Source: Gammaproteobacteria bacterium
Lineage (GTDB): Bacteria > Pseudomonadota > Gammaproteobacteria > JAJPIJ01
Assembly (NCBI GenBank): GCA_021324815.1
Contig: JAJPIJ010000042.1
Location: 9,505 to 73,504, forward strand
Length of the DNA stretch: 64,000 nucleotides
Direction of reading: 5' to 3'
The notes beneath the pieces were generated by a model. The model saw only the letters and a program-made list of their open reading frames with translations. It did no database searches and was not told the DNA's origin. Each line of letters starts with the position of its first letter. Positions within the stretch are counted from its first letter, which is position 1. A program made the translations under genes and the position numbers. Below, in pieces: positions 39,366-49,929 of the stretch.

Positions 39366-40222
39366 GTCGGTTTCTTCTTCCCGGTCAGGGTGCGGTAGAG
39401 GGCGATGACCGCGGCGAGGATCACCACGCCCAGCTTCTTGAGCAGGATCAGCAGCGGCCCCAGCAGGCCGGCCAGCTTGCCGAGCAGGCCGGTCTTGGCG
39501 GCGGCACCGGCCACCAGCGCCGCCAGGCCCACGGCGGCGACCTTGTCGGTGGCGCTGTTGAAGTCGGCGTAGCGCCTGCCCTCGACGAAACGCAGCCGCT
39601 TGAGCAGGATTTCGACGTGGGGTTTGCGCTGCGCCAGTGCCTCGAGCCCGGTGACCAGGTTCATGCTGATGTAGCCGTGCCGGCCCAGGGAGAGCGTGTT
39701 GAAGTTGACGAACTCGTGATCCGCGCTTTTGCCGGCGACGGCCCACAGCACCTTGTTCGTGGCGGCGTCGTAATGCGGCTTCTCCGCCCACCCCGTGACC
39801 ACGAGCGGCGGCAGGTTTTTCTCCCTGCGCCGTTCGTTGACCACCTCCGTGCCGTCCTGCATGACCTTGAGCATGGCGTCGGCGTCCCAGCTGCGGGCGT
39901 CGTCGTCCTTGACGTGGCCGCTGTCGTTGTATTCCAGAAACACGCTCCAGTCGGCGTCGGGGTTTTCGGAGACGAGTCCCAGCACGCCGCCGACCTCGGA
40001 ATGCCCGGCGCCGCGCAGCACCTGGCGGGTCTGGTCGGCGTCGAGAAACACGTAGCCCGCCGGCAGCTCCAGCACCGCCTGGTCGGCGAGCGGGATCGAC
40101 AGCGGGCCGGACTGCCAGCGCAGCTCGGCGCCGGTTCGAGAGGGCGCCGATTCCGCGGCGCCGGGCGACGGCCACAGGCCCGCGCACACGAGCAATGCGA
40201 TGCAGCGGTAATCACGCATCAA
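39362..40222 (-). CDS. DUF2167 (COG4714) membrane-anchored protein with a signal peptide.
   Basis: The 286-aa protein has an N-terminal signal peptide (ALLVCAGLWPSPGAA) and a C-terminal hydrophobic anchor (..VAAVGLAALVAGAAAKTGLLGKLAGLLGPLLILLKKLGVVILAAVIALY..). It is translationally coupled to the M50 protease gene. Confidence 0.7.
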   Translation of the reverse strand: MMRDYRCIALLVCAGLWPSPGAAESAPSRTGAELRWQSGPLSIPLADQAVLELPAGYVFLDADQTRQVLRGAGHSEVGGVLGLVSENPDADWSVFLEYNDSGHVKDDDARSWDADAMLKVMQDGTEVVNERRREKNLPPLVVTGWAEKPHYDAATNKVLWAVAGKSADHEFVNFNTLSLGRHGYISMNLVTGLEALAQRKPHVEILLKRLRFVEGRRYADFNSATDKVAAVGLAALVAGAAAKTGLLGKLAGLLGPLLILLKKLGVVILAAVIALYRTLTGKKKPT

Positions 40223-40228
40223 GCGGTT

Positions 40229-41719
40229 TCAGTGTTTGCCGAGATTTTTTTCAAGGGCCTCGCAGAGGGTGCGGAGCACCATTACACGGCCGTAACGTTT
40301 GTCATTGGCGGCGACCAGCGTCCATGGCGCGTGGGCGGTGCTGGTGCGCGCCACCATTTCGTCCACCGCCTCCTCGTAGGCGCCCCATTTGTTGCGATTG
40401 CGCCAGTCCTCCTCGGTGATCTTGTGGCGCTTGTAGGCCAGCCGCTGGCGCTCCTCGAACCGTTTCAATTGCTCGTCCGGGGAGATGTGCAGCCAGAATT
40501 TCGCGAGACAAATGCCGTGGTCGCTGAGCTGCTCCTCGAAGGCGTTGATCTCGCCATAGGCGCGCCCCCATTCCTCGGGGGTGGCGAAGCCCTCGACGCG
40601 CTCGACCATGACCCGGCCGTACCAGGAGCGATCATAAATGGTCATGTAGCCGGCGCGGGGCAGATGCCGCCAGAAGCGCCAGAGATAATGCTGCGCCCGC
40701 TCCTCGTCGGTGGGCGCCGCCACCGGGATCACTTGGATCAAGCGCGCGTCCGTGGCGGCGGCGACGCGGCGGATGGCGCCGCCCTTGCCGGCGGCGTCCC
40801 AGCCCTCGAAGATCGCCACGCTGGAGCGCTTCATTTCCCACGCCTTCCAGGTGAGTTTGTTCAGCCGGCTCTGCAACTCGGCCAGCTCGCGGTCATATTG
40901 ATCGGGGGTGAGTCTGGCCGTGACGTCCACCGTGTCCAGGATAGTGCGGCGCTTAGTGGCGCTGCGTCCGGTCTTCTCCGGCTGGGGTGGGTCTGCCGGC
41001 TTGGCGGCCGGGGCTTTCGCCGCCAGTTTCCGCTCCAGCAACTTCAACAGCAGCCGGCCGGTGGTCAGGTCGCGGTGGCGCGTGTACTTGGCGTCGATGA
41101 TGTGCCACGGCGCGTTGCCGGTGTCCGTCGCCCGTATGGCCTCTTCGGAGATCTTGGCGAACCGATCGTACATTTTATTGAAGCGTTTCTCCCATGGCGT
41201 CAGTTTCCGTTTTTGCTTGCGGAGGCTCTGCTTCAGCCTTCTCGCCTGCTCCTTCTTTGAAATGTGAAACCAGAGCTTGACGATGAGGGCGCCGCCGTCG
41301 GTGAGGGTGCGTTCCAGCGCGGCGATGTGCGCCAGATCGTCGTGGTAGTCCGTGCGGCGGGTTTCGCGGAACGCGCGCCGGACGATGGGGGCGGTGTACC
41401 AGCTGCCGAACAGGATGCCGATGGTGCCCGCCGGCGGCAATTTCCGCCAGAACCGCCAGTGCCGCGGCCGCTCGCGCTCCTCGTCGCTCTCGTCCCAGAA
41501 CGCCACCGAGCGGATGCCGCGGGCGTCCAGCCATTCGCACAACCGGTTGACCACCTCGCTCTTGCCCGCCGCCTCCACGCCGGACACGATGACGATGACC
41601 GGGAATCCGGCCTCGCGCAATCGCCGCTGCGCCTCCAGCAGCCGCGCCCGCAGTTCAGGCTCGGCCCTGGCGAATTCCGCCTTGCTGACCTTTTGTCCAA
41701 TTTCCGCCGTCTCAAACAT
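40229..41719 (-). CDS. Two-domain polyphosphate kinase 2 (polyphosphate:AMP/ADP phosphotransferase, PPK2 class II/III).
   Basis: Two PPK2 modules are present, each with Walker A ([10 protein letters not shown] and [11 protein letters not shown]) and lid motifs (..WRFW.., ..IFDRSWY..). The protein is 496 aa. Confidence 0.85.
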   Translation of the reverse strand: MFETAEIGQKVSKAEFARAEPELRARLLEAQRRLREAGFPVIVIVSGVEAAGKSEVVNRLCEWLDARGIRSVAFWDESDEERERPRHWRFWRKLPPAGTIGILFGSWYTAPIVRRAFRETRRTDYHDDLAHIAALERTLTDGGALIVKLWFHISKKEQARRLKQSLRKQKRKLTPWEKRFNKMYDRFAKISEEAIRATDTGNAPWHIIDAKYTRHRDLTTGRLLLKLLERKLAAKAPAAKPADPPQPEKTGRSATKRRTILDTVDVTARLTPDQYDRELAELQSRLNKLTWKAWEMKRSSVAIFEGWDAAGKGGAIRRVAAATDARLIQVIPVAAPTDEERAQHYLWRFWRHLPRAGYMTIYDRSWYGRVMVERVEGFATPEEWGRAYGEINAFEEQLSDHGICLAKFWLHISPDEQLKRFEERQRLAYKRHKITEEDWRNRNKWGAYEEAVDEMVARTSTAHAPWTLVAANDKRYGRVMVLRTLCEALEKNLGKH

Positions 41720-41749
41720 TTGCGCATCCTCCGCATCGTCCCCCGGGAT

Positions 41750-41848
41750 GGACGGAAATGCGCACTAGTTGCGCACGAAGCCGCGGCATTGTCAACGCAG
41801 GCGCTTGATCCATATCAACCGGCGCAGCGGTACAATGCATTTCCGTCC
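41750..41848. repeat. 99-bp segment bounded by perfect 12-bp inverted repeats (GGACGGAAATGC ... GCATTTCCGTCC); MITE-like or cruciform-forming regulatory cassette.
   Basis: Arms at 41750-41761 and 41837-41848 are exact reverse complements. The segment encloses TGCGCActagtTGCGCA and an FNR-type box. Confidence 0.5.
41805..41818. promoter_or_regulatory. FNR/CRP-family binding site TTGAT-N4-ATCAA in the ppk2/lhr divergent region.
   Basis: TTGATccatATCAA is a perfect match to the FNR/Dnr/NNR consensus. It is centred 52 bp upstream of the lhr ATG and about 92 bp from the ppk2 ATG. Confidence 0.5.
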
Positions 41849-41863
41849 CCATTCTGCCAGACC

Positions 41864-44800
41864 ATGCCGTTGACTCCCTTTCATCCCGCCGTCGCCGGCT
41901 GGTTCGAGCGGACCTTCGGCGCCGCCACCGACTGCCAGCGGCGGGCCTGGCCGGCGATCCGCGAGCGGCGCCACGCCCTCGTCGCGGCGCCGACCGGCTC
42001 GGGCAAGACGCTGGCGGCGTTCCTGTGCGCCATCGATGATCTGGTGCGCCGGGGGCTGGACGGCGGACTCGATGACCTGCCGCAGGTGGTGTACGTCTCG
42101 CCGCTGCGGGCGCTCGGCAACGACGTGCAGCGCAATCTCATGGCGCCGCTCGCCGGCATCCGCGATGAATTGCTGCACAGGGGGCTGCCGGACGTCGACA
42201 TCCGCACCTTCGTGCGCACCGGCGACACGCCGCCCGCCGGCCGCGCGCTGATGAAGCGCCACCCGCCGCACATCATCGTCACCACGCCCGAATCGCTGTA
42301 TCTGCTGCTGACCAGCGACGGCGGCAGCGCGCTGCTGAAGAGCGTCAGAACGGTCATCGTCGATGAGATCCACGCCATCATCGGCACCAAACGCGGCGCG
42401 CACTTGAGCTTGAGCCTGGAGCGGCTGGCGGCATTGACCGGCGCGCCGCCGGTGCGCATCGGCCTGTCCGCGACCCAGCGACCCATCGAGCAGGCGGCGG
42501 CATTCCTGACCGGCGCCGACGGGCAGGGCGCGCCGCTGCCGTGCACGGTGATCGACCTCGGCCACCACCGGCGGCGCGATCTCGCCATCGAAATGCCGCG
42601 CTCGCCGCTGGAGGAGGTGATGTCCGGCGAGGTGTGGAATGAAACCTACGATCGCCTGGCGGAGCTGATCCGCGGGCATAAAAGCACGCTGGTGTTCGTC
42701 AACACCCGGCGGCTGGCCGAGCGGCTGGCGCGCCATCTGAGCGAGCGGCTGGGCGGGGACGTGGTGGCCGCGCATCACGGCTCGCTGTCGCGCGAGCAGC
42801 GCCTCGGCGCCGAGCAGCGGCTGAAGGAGGGCGGATTGCGCGTGCTGGTGGCGACTTCCTCGCTCGAGCTCGGCATCGACATCGGCCAGGTGGATCTGGT
42901 CTGCCAGATCGGCGCGACGCGATCCATCGGCGCCTTTCTCCAGCGCGCCGGCCGCGCCGGCCACGCCGTGCACGGCACGCCCAAGGCGCGGCTGTTCCCG
43001 TTGAGCCGCGATGAGCTGGTGGAGGGCATCGCGCTGCTCGACGCGGTGCGGCGGGAGGAACTCGACGCGCTGCGGCTGCTGGAGGCGCCGCTCGACGTGC
43101 TGGCGCAGCAGATCGTCGCCGCTGTGGCGATGCGTGAGTGGGACGAGCAGGCGTTGTACATGCTCGTGCGCCGGGCCTGGCCGTATCGTGATCTGGCCCG
43201 CGACGATTTCGACGCGGTGGTGCACATGCTGGCGGAGGGGTTCAGCGCCCGGCGCGGCCGCATGGCGGCGCATCTGCACCGTGACGCCGTCCACAGTGTG
43301 CTTCGTGCCCGCCGCGGCGCGAAACTCACGGCGGTGACCTGCGGCGGTGCCATCCCCGACAACGCCGACTACGAGGTGCGCGAGCAGCCGCAGGACGTTT
43401 TCGTCGGCACCGTCAATGAGGATTTCGCCGTTGAAAGCATGGCGGGCGACATCTTCCAGCTCGGCAACACCTCCTGGCGCATCCAGCGCATCGAACCCGG
43501 CGTGGTGCGCGTGGAAAACGCCCGCGGCCAGCCGCCGACGATCCCGTTCTGGTTCGGCGAGGCGCCGGCGCGCACCGAGGAACTGTCGCGCGCGGTTTCG
43601 CGTTTGCGCGCCGGGCTGGCGCGCCGGTTCGCCGCGGCGGACGGTGGCGACGCCGCGCGCATTTGCGACGAGGCGGCGGCATGGCTGATGGCGCAGACCG
43701 GCGTCAGCGAGCCGGCGGCGCGGCAGGCGGTCGAGTATTCATGGTGCGCGTGGCGCACGCTGGGCGCGCTGCCCACGCGCGAGCAGCCCGTCCTGGAACG
43801 GTTTTTCGACGAGTCCGGCGGCATGCAGCTGGTGCTGCCCGCGCCTTATGGTGGACGCCTCAACCGCGCCTGGGGCCTGAGCCTGCGCAAGTGCTTCTGC
43901 CGCCGGTTCAACTTCGAGTTGCAGGCGGCGGCGACCGAGGACGCCATCGTGTTGTCGCTCGGCGAGACGCACAGCTTTCCGCTGGAGGAGGTCTGGCGTT
44001 ATCTGCATTCCGCCTCGGTGCGCGACGTCCTGACGCAGGCGGTGCTGGACGCGCCGCTGTTCAACGCGCGCTGGCGGTGGGTGGCGGCCGTCGCGCTGGC
44101 GATCCCGCGCTTTCGCGGCGGCAAAAAAGTGCCGCCGCGTTTGCAGCGCATGCTGGCGGAGGACCTGTCTGCCGTCGTGTTCCCGGACCAGCTGGCCTGC
44201 CTCGAGAACGTCGCCGGCCGCCGCGAGATTCCCGATCATCCCTTGGTCAAACAAACGCTGCGTGATTGCCTGACCGAGGCGATGGACATCGACGCGCTGG
44301 AACGGCTGTTGAAGGACATGGAACGGGGCGCGGTTCGTGGACTGGCGCGCGATCTCGCCGCGCCGTCGCCGCTGGCGGCGGAGATCCTGAACGCGCGCCC
44401 CCACGCCTTCCTCGACGACGCGCCGCTGGAGGAACGCCGCACGCAGGCGGTCATCAGCCGGCGCTGGTTCGACCCGCAGTCGGCCTCGGATTTGTCGCAA
44501 CTCGATCCGCAGGCCATCGCCCGCGTCCGCGCCGAGAGCCAGCCGGAGTTTTCCAACGCCGATGAATTGCACGACGCCTTGCTGAGTTACGGCTTCCTGT
44601 CCGAGGCCGAGTTGCAAGGCGCGCAGGCCTGGTTGCGGGATTTGCACGCGGCACGGCGCGCCTGGCGGATGGAGGGCCACGGCGGCGCGCCACTGTGGCT
44701 GGCGGTGGAGCGCCTGCCACGGTTTGCCGCCCTGTTCCCGTCGCTGCGGCACGACCTCGCGGTGCCCGCGGAATACGCGCGCGAATCGTGGACGGGGGAT

Positions 44801-46171
44801 ACGGCGCTCACGGCCGTATTGCGCGATCGATTGCAGGCGCTGGGGCCGGTGACCGCGGCGCAGCTCGCCGCCCCCCTCGGCCTGCCGGCCACGGCCATCA
44901 CCGCGGCGCTTCTGCAACTGGAGGCGGAAGGGGTGATCCTGCGCGGCCGCTTCACGCCCGGCACGGACGGGGAGGAATGGTGCGAGCGGCGGCTGCTGGC
45001 GCGCATTCATCGTTACACCGTCGAGCAATTGCGCGCGCAAATCGCGCCGGTGAGTGCATCCGTCTATCTGCGGTTTCTGTTCCGCTGGCAGCATGTGGCG
45101 CCGGAAGGCAGGCTGGAAGGCGCGCGGGCGCTGGCCGCGGTGCTGGGGCAACTGGAGGGATTCATCGCGCCGGCGGCGGCATGGGAGCAGGCCATCCTGC
45201 CGGTGCGGGTGCGTGATTACCATGCGGGCATGGTGGATGAACTGGGCCTGTCCGGACGCTATGGCTGGGCGCGGCCGGTGCAGGCGACGCCCGCCGCCAC
45301 GGCGGTGCAGGTGATCCCGGTGGCGTTCTTCAGCCGCCGCCTGATGTCCCAGTGGCGCAACGTATATGCACGTGCGCTGCCCGCCGGCGCCGGTGCGCCG
45401 TCGGCCGCCGCGGCGCGGGTGTTGGACGCCCTGCGCCGGCAGGGCGCCGCATTCACCGACGATCTGATCGACGCCTCGGGCCTCCTTGCCGCACAGGTCG
45501 AGGAGGCGCTGGTGGAGTTGATCGCCCGGGGGCTCGTGACGGCCGACAGTTTCGGTTCGTTGCGAACGCTCGCGCGCCGCGGTGAGCGCCGCCGCCGGCC
45601 GGGCGGCCTGATGTCGAGCGGACGCTGGGTGGCCCTGCCGCCGGTGGCCGCCGGTCCGCTCACGCCGGATATCCTCGAAATGGTCGCCCGCACTCTTCTG
45701 GGGCGCTATGGCGTCGTATTTCGCAGGCTTTGTGAACGCGAGCCGGAATTGCCGCCCTGGCGGCTGCTGCTGGACTGCTTAAGGCGGCTGGAGGCGCGTG
45801 GCGAAATCCGCGGCGGGCAGTTTGTCGCCGGTTTTGCCGGCGAACAGTTCGCCCTGAACGAGGCGGTGGCCGAATTGCGCCGTCCGCAGGCGCCCGCGGC
45901 GGGCGCGGGGCGGTGGGTGGTGCTGTCCGCCGCCGATCCGCTGAACCTGATCGGCCTGCTCACGCCGGGCCCGCGCGTGCCGGCGGTGACGGCGCATCGC
46001 GTGCTGTATGAGGACGGTACGCCGATCGCCGGCCTCAAGGGCGGCGAGGTTCACCATTTTGCCGACGTTGACCCGCGGCAGGCGTGGCGCATCCGCGATC
46101 GGCTGGCCGGGCCGCTGGCGCCGGCCCCGGAACGCGCCCGCACGCGGCACCCACGCCCGCGCATCTACTGA
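41864..46171 (+). CDS. lhr: ATP-dependent helicase Lhr (large helicase-related protein, SF2).
   Basis: Strong collinear similarity to E. coli Lhr over 1435 aa, with Walker [42 protein letters not shown] and QRAGRAGH. The ORF-track N-terminal extension to 41264 is rejected. Confidence 0.9.
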   Translation: MPLTPFHPAVAGWFERTFGAATDCQRRAWPAIRERRHALVAAPTGSGKTLAAFLCAIDDLVRRGLDGGLDDLPQVVYVSPLRALGNDVQRNLMAPLAGIRDELLHRGLPDVDIRTFVRTGDTPPAGRALMKRHPPHIIVTTPESLYLLLTSDGGSALLKSVRTVIVDEIHAIIGTKRGAHLSLSLERLAALTGAPPVRIGLSATQRPIEQAAAFLTGADGQGAPLPCTVIDLGHHRRRDLAIEMPRSPLEEVMSGEVWNETYDRLAELIRGHKSTLVFVNTRRLAERLARHLSERLGGDVVAAHHGSLSREQRLGAEQRLKEGGLRVLVATSSLELGIDIGQVDLVCQIGATRSIGAFLQRAGRAGHAVHGTPKARLFPLSRDELVEGIALLDAVRREELDALRLLEAPLDVLAQQIVAAVAMREWDEQALYMLVRRAWPYRDLARDDFDAVVHMLAEGFSARRGRMAAHLHRDAVHSVLRARRGAKLTAVTCGGAIPDNADYEVREQPQDVFVGTVNEDFAVESMAGDIFQLGNTSWRIQRIEPGVVRVENARGQPPTIPFWFGEAPARTEELSRAVSRLRAGLARRFAAADGGDAARICDEAAAWLMAQTGVSEPAARQAVEYSWCAWRTLGALPTREQPVLERFFDESGGMQLVLPAPYGGRLNRAWGLSLRKCFCRRFNFELQAAATEDAIVLSLGETHSFPLEEVWRYLHSASVRDVLTQAVLDAPLFNARWRWVAAVALAIPRFRGGKKVPPRLQRMLAEDLSAVVFPDQLACLENVAGRREIPDHPLVKQTLRDCLTEAMDIDALERLLKDMERGAVRGLARDLAAPSPLAAEILNARPHAFLDDAPLEERRTQAVISRRWFDPQSASDLSQLDPQAIARVRAESQPEFSNADELHDALLSYGFLSEAELQGAQAWLRDLHAARRAWRMEGHGGAPLWLAVERLPRFAALFPSLRHDLAVPAEYARESWTGDTALTAVLRDRLQALGPVTAAQLAAPLGLPATAITAALLQLEAEGVILRGRFTPGTDGEEWCERRLLARIHRYTVEQLRAQIAPVSASVYLRFLFRWQHVAPEGRLEGARALAAVLGQLEGFIAPAAAWEQAILPVRVRDYHAGMVDELGLSGRYGWARPVQATPAATAVQVIPVAFFSRRLMSQWRNVYARALPAGAGAPSAAAARVLDALRRQGAAFTDDLIDASGLLAAQVEEALVELIARGLVTADSFGSLRTLARRGERRRRPGGLMSSGRWVALPPVAAGPLTPDILEMVARTLLGRYGVVFRRLCEREPELPPWRLLLDCLRRLEARGEIRGGQFVAGFAGEQFALNEAVAELRRPQAPAAGAGRWVVLSAADPLNLIGLLTPGPRVPAVTAHRVLYEDGTPIAGLKGGEVHHFADVDPRQAWRIRDRLAGPLAPAPERARTRHPRPRIY

Positions 46172-46229
46172 CGCTCCCGCCCGCCGGCTTTTGTTGGTGG
46201 CCGCGGTGAAAGGGTATCATACACAGCTT

Positions 46230-49200
46230 ATGGCTGCGGCACCCACACAAAAAACAACGGCGGGCGGTGGCGTCGAGCATCGCGCCCATCCACGCTACGC
46301 GGTCAACATCAACGCCCTGCTGACCGGCCGCGGTTTTGAATCGCGGGTCTGCACCATCCGCGATTTCTGCGCGGTCGGCATGTTCATCTCCTTCGAGTCC
46401 AGCGGCGGAAACGTGGCGTTCTCGTCGCAGCAGCCGATCGAGAAAGGCGACATGGTGCAGGTGCATTTTTTCCTCAAGGTGGGGACGCGCGACATGACCT
46501 TCGATCTGCAGGCACGGGTGGAGCGGGTGTTGCCCACGGGCATTGGTGTCGCGCTGATCGATCCTCATCCCGATTCCGTCGACGCCCTGATGCACGCGGC
46601 GCGCATGGCGCAGCCGGCGGCGCAGGCCGCTGAGCACGCGGAGCCACCCGCCGCCGCGGCGGCGGGATTCGATCGCGCGCGGCTGAGGAAACAGGTGCTG
46701 GAGACCCTGAACCGCGAATGCGGGCACTGGTTCACGAATTTCTTCAAAAAGGCGGAGGAGACGCTGTTCATCGCCTCCCGCGAGTCCACCTCCGCCGCCG
46801 AGCAGCGGCTGTACTGGGACACCGGCGGCCTGCTCAAATCGAAACGGCCGGCGATTGAGGAGGAGGTGCGCAAGACGCTCAATGAACAACTGAACAGCTT
46901 CGGCACCGGCCAGGCCGGGACGGCGGACAGCGATCGGAAAAAGGAGCCGGCTTACGGCGGCGGCGAACTTTCCCTCGTCGAGTCACGCGAATTCGAGGAA
47001 TTCCTGACCGTGAACGAGGCCATCGACAAGGCCGAGACCCTCTACAAGGCCAGGCTCAACGAACTGGAACAGCGGCTGACGCGGGTCTACGGCCAGAACG
47101 TCGACATGATTAACAATCCCATCGGCCCCCGGGCGGTGACCCGCGCCTTCAGCGACGCCATCGTCATGGCGGGCATCGAGGGAAGCCCCATGCGTTTCGT
47201 CCTGCAGGCCCTGCAGGAGACGGTGATCACGGAGCTCAGCACGTTTTATGAATCGATCAACGCCGAGCTGAAGCGCCAGGGCGTCGGCCTGCTGGAACCC
47301 GCCAAGACCAAACCCAAAATCGTGCAGGCCCGTACGCGGCCGGGAACGCCGGCCCCCGCCACGGCGCCAGCTCCGGAACAAAAGGGGGTGGCGGCGGCCG
47401 GAGCGGCCGCGGCGCCCGGCGGCCAGTGGTCTGGAGCAGCGGCGCATCCGCCCGCGGGCCAGTGGGCCGGAGGCGCCGCCGTCCCGCCAGCCGGCGGGCC
47501 CTGGCCGGCCGGGCCGGTGCCGGGCCCCTGGGCAGGTGCGGCCGCGCCCCCGGCCGCCCCCGCGGCTCCCTGGGGAGGCGTCGCCACGCCTCCGCCCGGC
47601 ATGGTTCCGGCGGGCTACCTGCCGCCGACGCCGGGCAGTTTCCGCGTGGCGCAGAACCTCTTGGAACTGCAACGACAATTCCAGGCGCCGTCGATGCCGC
47701 CTTCAGGCGGATCAGCCGCCGAGCTGGCGTCAACGGCGCCGCTGCCGGGCGCGCCGTCCCCGCCACTCACGGCGACGGTGCAGGAATTGCAAAACGCCAT
47801 GGAGGCGGTCAATCCGGGAAGCCTCGAGCGATCCGACGGCCTGCTGCCGGCGGATTACCGCCAGTTGCTGAGCGCCGCAGTGGCCTCGCAATCGCCGGGC
47901 AGGACGCCGAAGCAGATGAGCGATCACGACTGGGACACGCTGCAACTGGTGGTGGAAATCTTCAACGCCATGATCAACGACCCGCGCGTCAACGACGACG
48001 TCAAGCCGCTGATTCGCCGCCTGCGCACGCCGGTGAACCAGATTGCGCTTTCCGATCCCACCTTCTTTGAAAACCCGGCACATCCCGTCCGCCAGGTGTT
48101 GAACAAAATCACGGCGGTGCCCGGCGTCAGCAAGGACCCCGGCGATCCGGTGCGCCAGCGCCTTGACGACGTCGTCAAGCTGCTTTGCCGCACCGGCCGC
48201 CAGCATCCGGCCGCCTTCGCCGAGGTGGCCTCCGAACTCGACGCCATCATCGCGGAGCAGACGCACAGGTACGAGGCCAACATCGCGGAGCTGGTCAAGG
48301 TCAGCGAGGAGCAGCAGCGGGTGATCAAGGAGCGCCGCAAGGCGGCGGGCGAGCCCGCGAAGCCCCACGTCAGCCTGAGCGGCGAATGGCTGGAGTGGAT
48401 CAATCGGGCCAAGCGGCTCAAGGTCGGCGACCGGCTGGAATTGATCAGCGGATCGCAGAAACAGCGGGTGGGCGTGGCCTGGATCGGCGAGGACCAGGGC
48501 AGCTTCGTGCTGTCCGACACGCTGGGGAGAAGGGTCGCGAACCTGGGCATCCAGGAGCTGGCCATGCAGTTGCGGCGCGGTTCCGCCCGGGTGCTGCAGC
48601 AGGACGCCCTGCCCGCCGTCGAGCGCGGCATGTACGCCTCCATGCAGAAGCTGCACGAGCAGCTGGGCCAGCGTGTCAGCTCGGACCCGCGGACGCAACT
48701 GCTGAATGAAAAGAGCCTCCGTCATGAGATCGAAAAGGCCATGCAGGCCGCGCAGCAGGACAACATCAGCCACGCACTGGCGGTCCTCGCCGCGTCGCCG
48801 CCCCGCGGCGCCGCGGCCGCGGACAGGGCCGAATTGATCGCGGAACTGGCGGCGCGCCTGCGGACGCAGGCCGCCGCCGCCGAGGCACGTCTCGGGCGCC
48901 TGGGCGAGGATCGGCTCGCCGTGCTGCTGACGGACGTCTCCCAGGGGCAGGGCTATGAGATGGTCGAGCGGTTGCGCGCGGCCCTCGCCGAAAAGCCGTG
49001 GAAGGAGGGCAAACTCACCCTCAGCGCCGGCATGGCCCTGTTCGGCGCCGATGTCCACACCGTGGATTGCATCCTGCAGGCCGCCGACAAGGCGCTGGAA
49101 TTCGCGCTGCAGGCCGGCGCCGTGACCCGCATCGTGCACGCCGAGGACACCGATCAGGCCGCGGCCCGATCGCGCGAATTGCTGGCCGAGCAACTCACCC

Positions 49201-49919
49201 GCGCGCTGGCGGATGACCGGCTGCAGCTGGCGGCGGTGAGGGTGGTGCCGCAGCGCCCGGACCCCCGTCTGCCCGAACACATTGAACTGGTCGCCACGCT
49301 GGAATTGGACGCCGGCATCCAGGTGGAACCGGCGGCATTGCGGTGCGCGGCCGAACAGACCAAATCCGACCGCGAACTGGATCGCTGGCTGATCCGCGCC
49401 GGCCTGCGCTGGGCCGCGGGCAACATCGAGACCATGCCGGGCCAGGGCTGGATCATCCTGCGATTGTCGCCCGCCTCGCTGCATGATCCCGAGGCGGCGG
49501 CGCACATCACCAGCATCCTGATGGAAAGCGCCGTGCCGCCGGGACGGCTGTGCTTTGAACTGTCCCGCACCACGGAACTGGGCCAGCGCTCGGAGGCCGA
49601 TGAACTGGTGCGGTCATTGCGTGAATTCGGCTGTCATTTCATCTTCGGCGACTTCGGCAGCGGCCGATCCTCCTTCGCCAACGCCAAGGATTTGCAGATC
49701 GAATTGATCAAGATCGGCGATCTGGCCAGCCGCGACATCGTCAACGATCGCGCCGACGCCGCGCTGGTGCGCTCCACGGTGGAGATGGCCCATTTTGTCG
49801 GCATTCCCGTGATCGCCGATCCCGTGGACAAGCCCGCCGCGCTCACCCTCCTGCGCGAATTGGGCGTGGAATACGCGCAGGGCGCGGCGGTGGCGGCGCT
49901 GTTGCCGCTGTCATCGTAG
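46230..49919 (+). CDS. Large multidomain c-di-GMP-related protein: N-terminal PilZ, DUF1631, a Pro/Gly/Ala-rich linker, a second PilZ-like barrel, a degenerate GGDEF and a degenerate EAL domain.
   Basis: PilZ motifs RAHPRY...DFCAVG are at the N-terminus, followed by a DUF1631-like region. The low-complexity segment at 47330-47720 has GQW(S/A)G..PPAG repeats. The C-terminus carries GGDEF remnants (RLGEDRLAVLL... in place of RxGGDEF) and an EAL-type fold with a substituted signature (ELV; ...FGDFGSGRSSFANAKDLQIELIKIGDL...YAQG). The protein is 1229 aa. Confidence 0.75.
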   Translation: MAAAPTQKTTAGGGVEHRAHPRYAVNINALLTGRGFESRVCTIRDFCAVGMFISFESSGGNVAFSSQQPIEKGDMVQVHFFLKVGTRDMTFDLQARVERVLPTGIGVALIDPHPDSVDALMHAARMAQPAAQAAEHAEPPAAAAAGFDRARLRKQVLETLNRECGHWFTNFFKKAEETLFIASRESTSAAEQRLYWDTGGLLKSKRPAIEEEVRKTLNEQLNSFGTGQAGTADSDRKKEPAYGGGELSLVESREFEEFLTVNEAIDKAETLYKARLNELEQRLTRVYGQNVDMINNPIGPRAVTRAFSDAIVMAGIEGSPMRFVLQALQETVITELSTFYESINAELKRQGVGLLEPAKTKPKIVQARTRPGTPAPATAPAPEQKGVAAAGAAAAPGGQWSGAAAHPPAGQWAGGAAVPPAGGPWPAGPVPGPWAGAAAPPAAPAAPWGGVATPPPGMVPAGYLPPTPGSFRVAQNLLELQRQFQAPSMPPSGGSAAELASTAPLPGAPSPPLTATVQELQNAMEAVNPGSLERSDGLLPADYRQLLSAAVASQSPGRTPKQMSDHDWDTLQLVVEIFNAMINDPRVNDDVKPLIRRLRTPVNQIALSDPTFFENPAHPVRQVLNKITAVPGVSKDPGDPVRQRLDDVVKLLCRTGRQHPAAFAEVASELDAIIAEQTHRYEANIAELVKVSEEQQRVIKERRKAAGEPAKPHVSLSGEWLEWINRAKRLKVGDRLELISGSQKQRVGVAWIGEDQGSFVLSDTLGRRVANLGIQELAMQLRRGSARVLQQDALPAVERGMYASMQKLHEQLGQRVSSDPRTQLLNEKSLRHEIEKAMQAAQQDNISHALAVLAASPPRGAAAADRAELIAELAARLRTQAAAAEARLGRLGEDRLAVLLTDVSQGQGYEMVERLRAALAEKPWKEGKLTLSAGMALFGADVHTVDCILQAADKALEFALQAGAVTRIVHAEDTDQAAARSRELLAEQLTRALADDRLQLAAVRVVPQRPDPRLPEHIELVATLELDAGIQVEPAALRCAAEQTKSDRELDRWLIRAGLRWAAGNIETMPGQGWIILRLSPASLHDPEAAAHITSILMESAVPPGRLCFELSRTTELGQRSEADELVRSLREFGCHFIFGDFGSGRSSFANAKDLQIELIKIGDLASRDIVNDRADAALVRSTVEMAHFVGIPVIADPVDKPAALTLLRELGVEYAQGAAVAALLPLSS

Positions 49920-49929
49920 GGAAGACGCC

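Noticed and set aside
39366-40187. The upstream part of the 511-aa minus-strand ORF containing the M50 protease.
   Set aside because: It overlaps the DUF2167 gene in another frame and is Arg/Gly-rich junk. The M50 homology begins at the GTG at 39365.
39617-41260. A 547-aa plus-strand ORF spanning the DUF2167 and PPK2 regions.
   Set aside because: It is antisense to two well-supported minus-strand genes and has no recognisable motifs.
41264-41863. A 200-codon in-frame N-terminal extension of lhr listed in the ORF track.
   Set aside because: It overlaps the ppk2 coding region on the opposite strand. The conserved Lhr N-terminus (MPLTPFHP...) begins at the ATG at 41864, downstream of the regulatory cassette.
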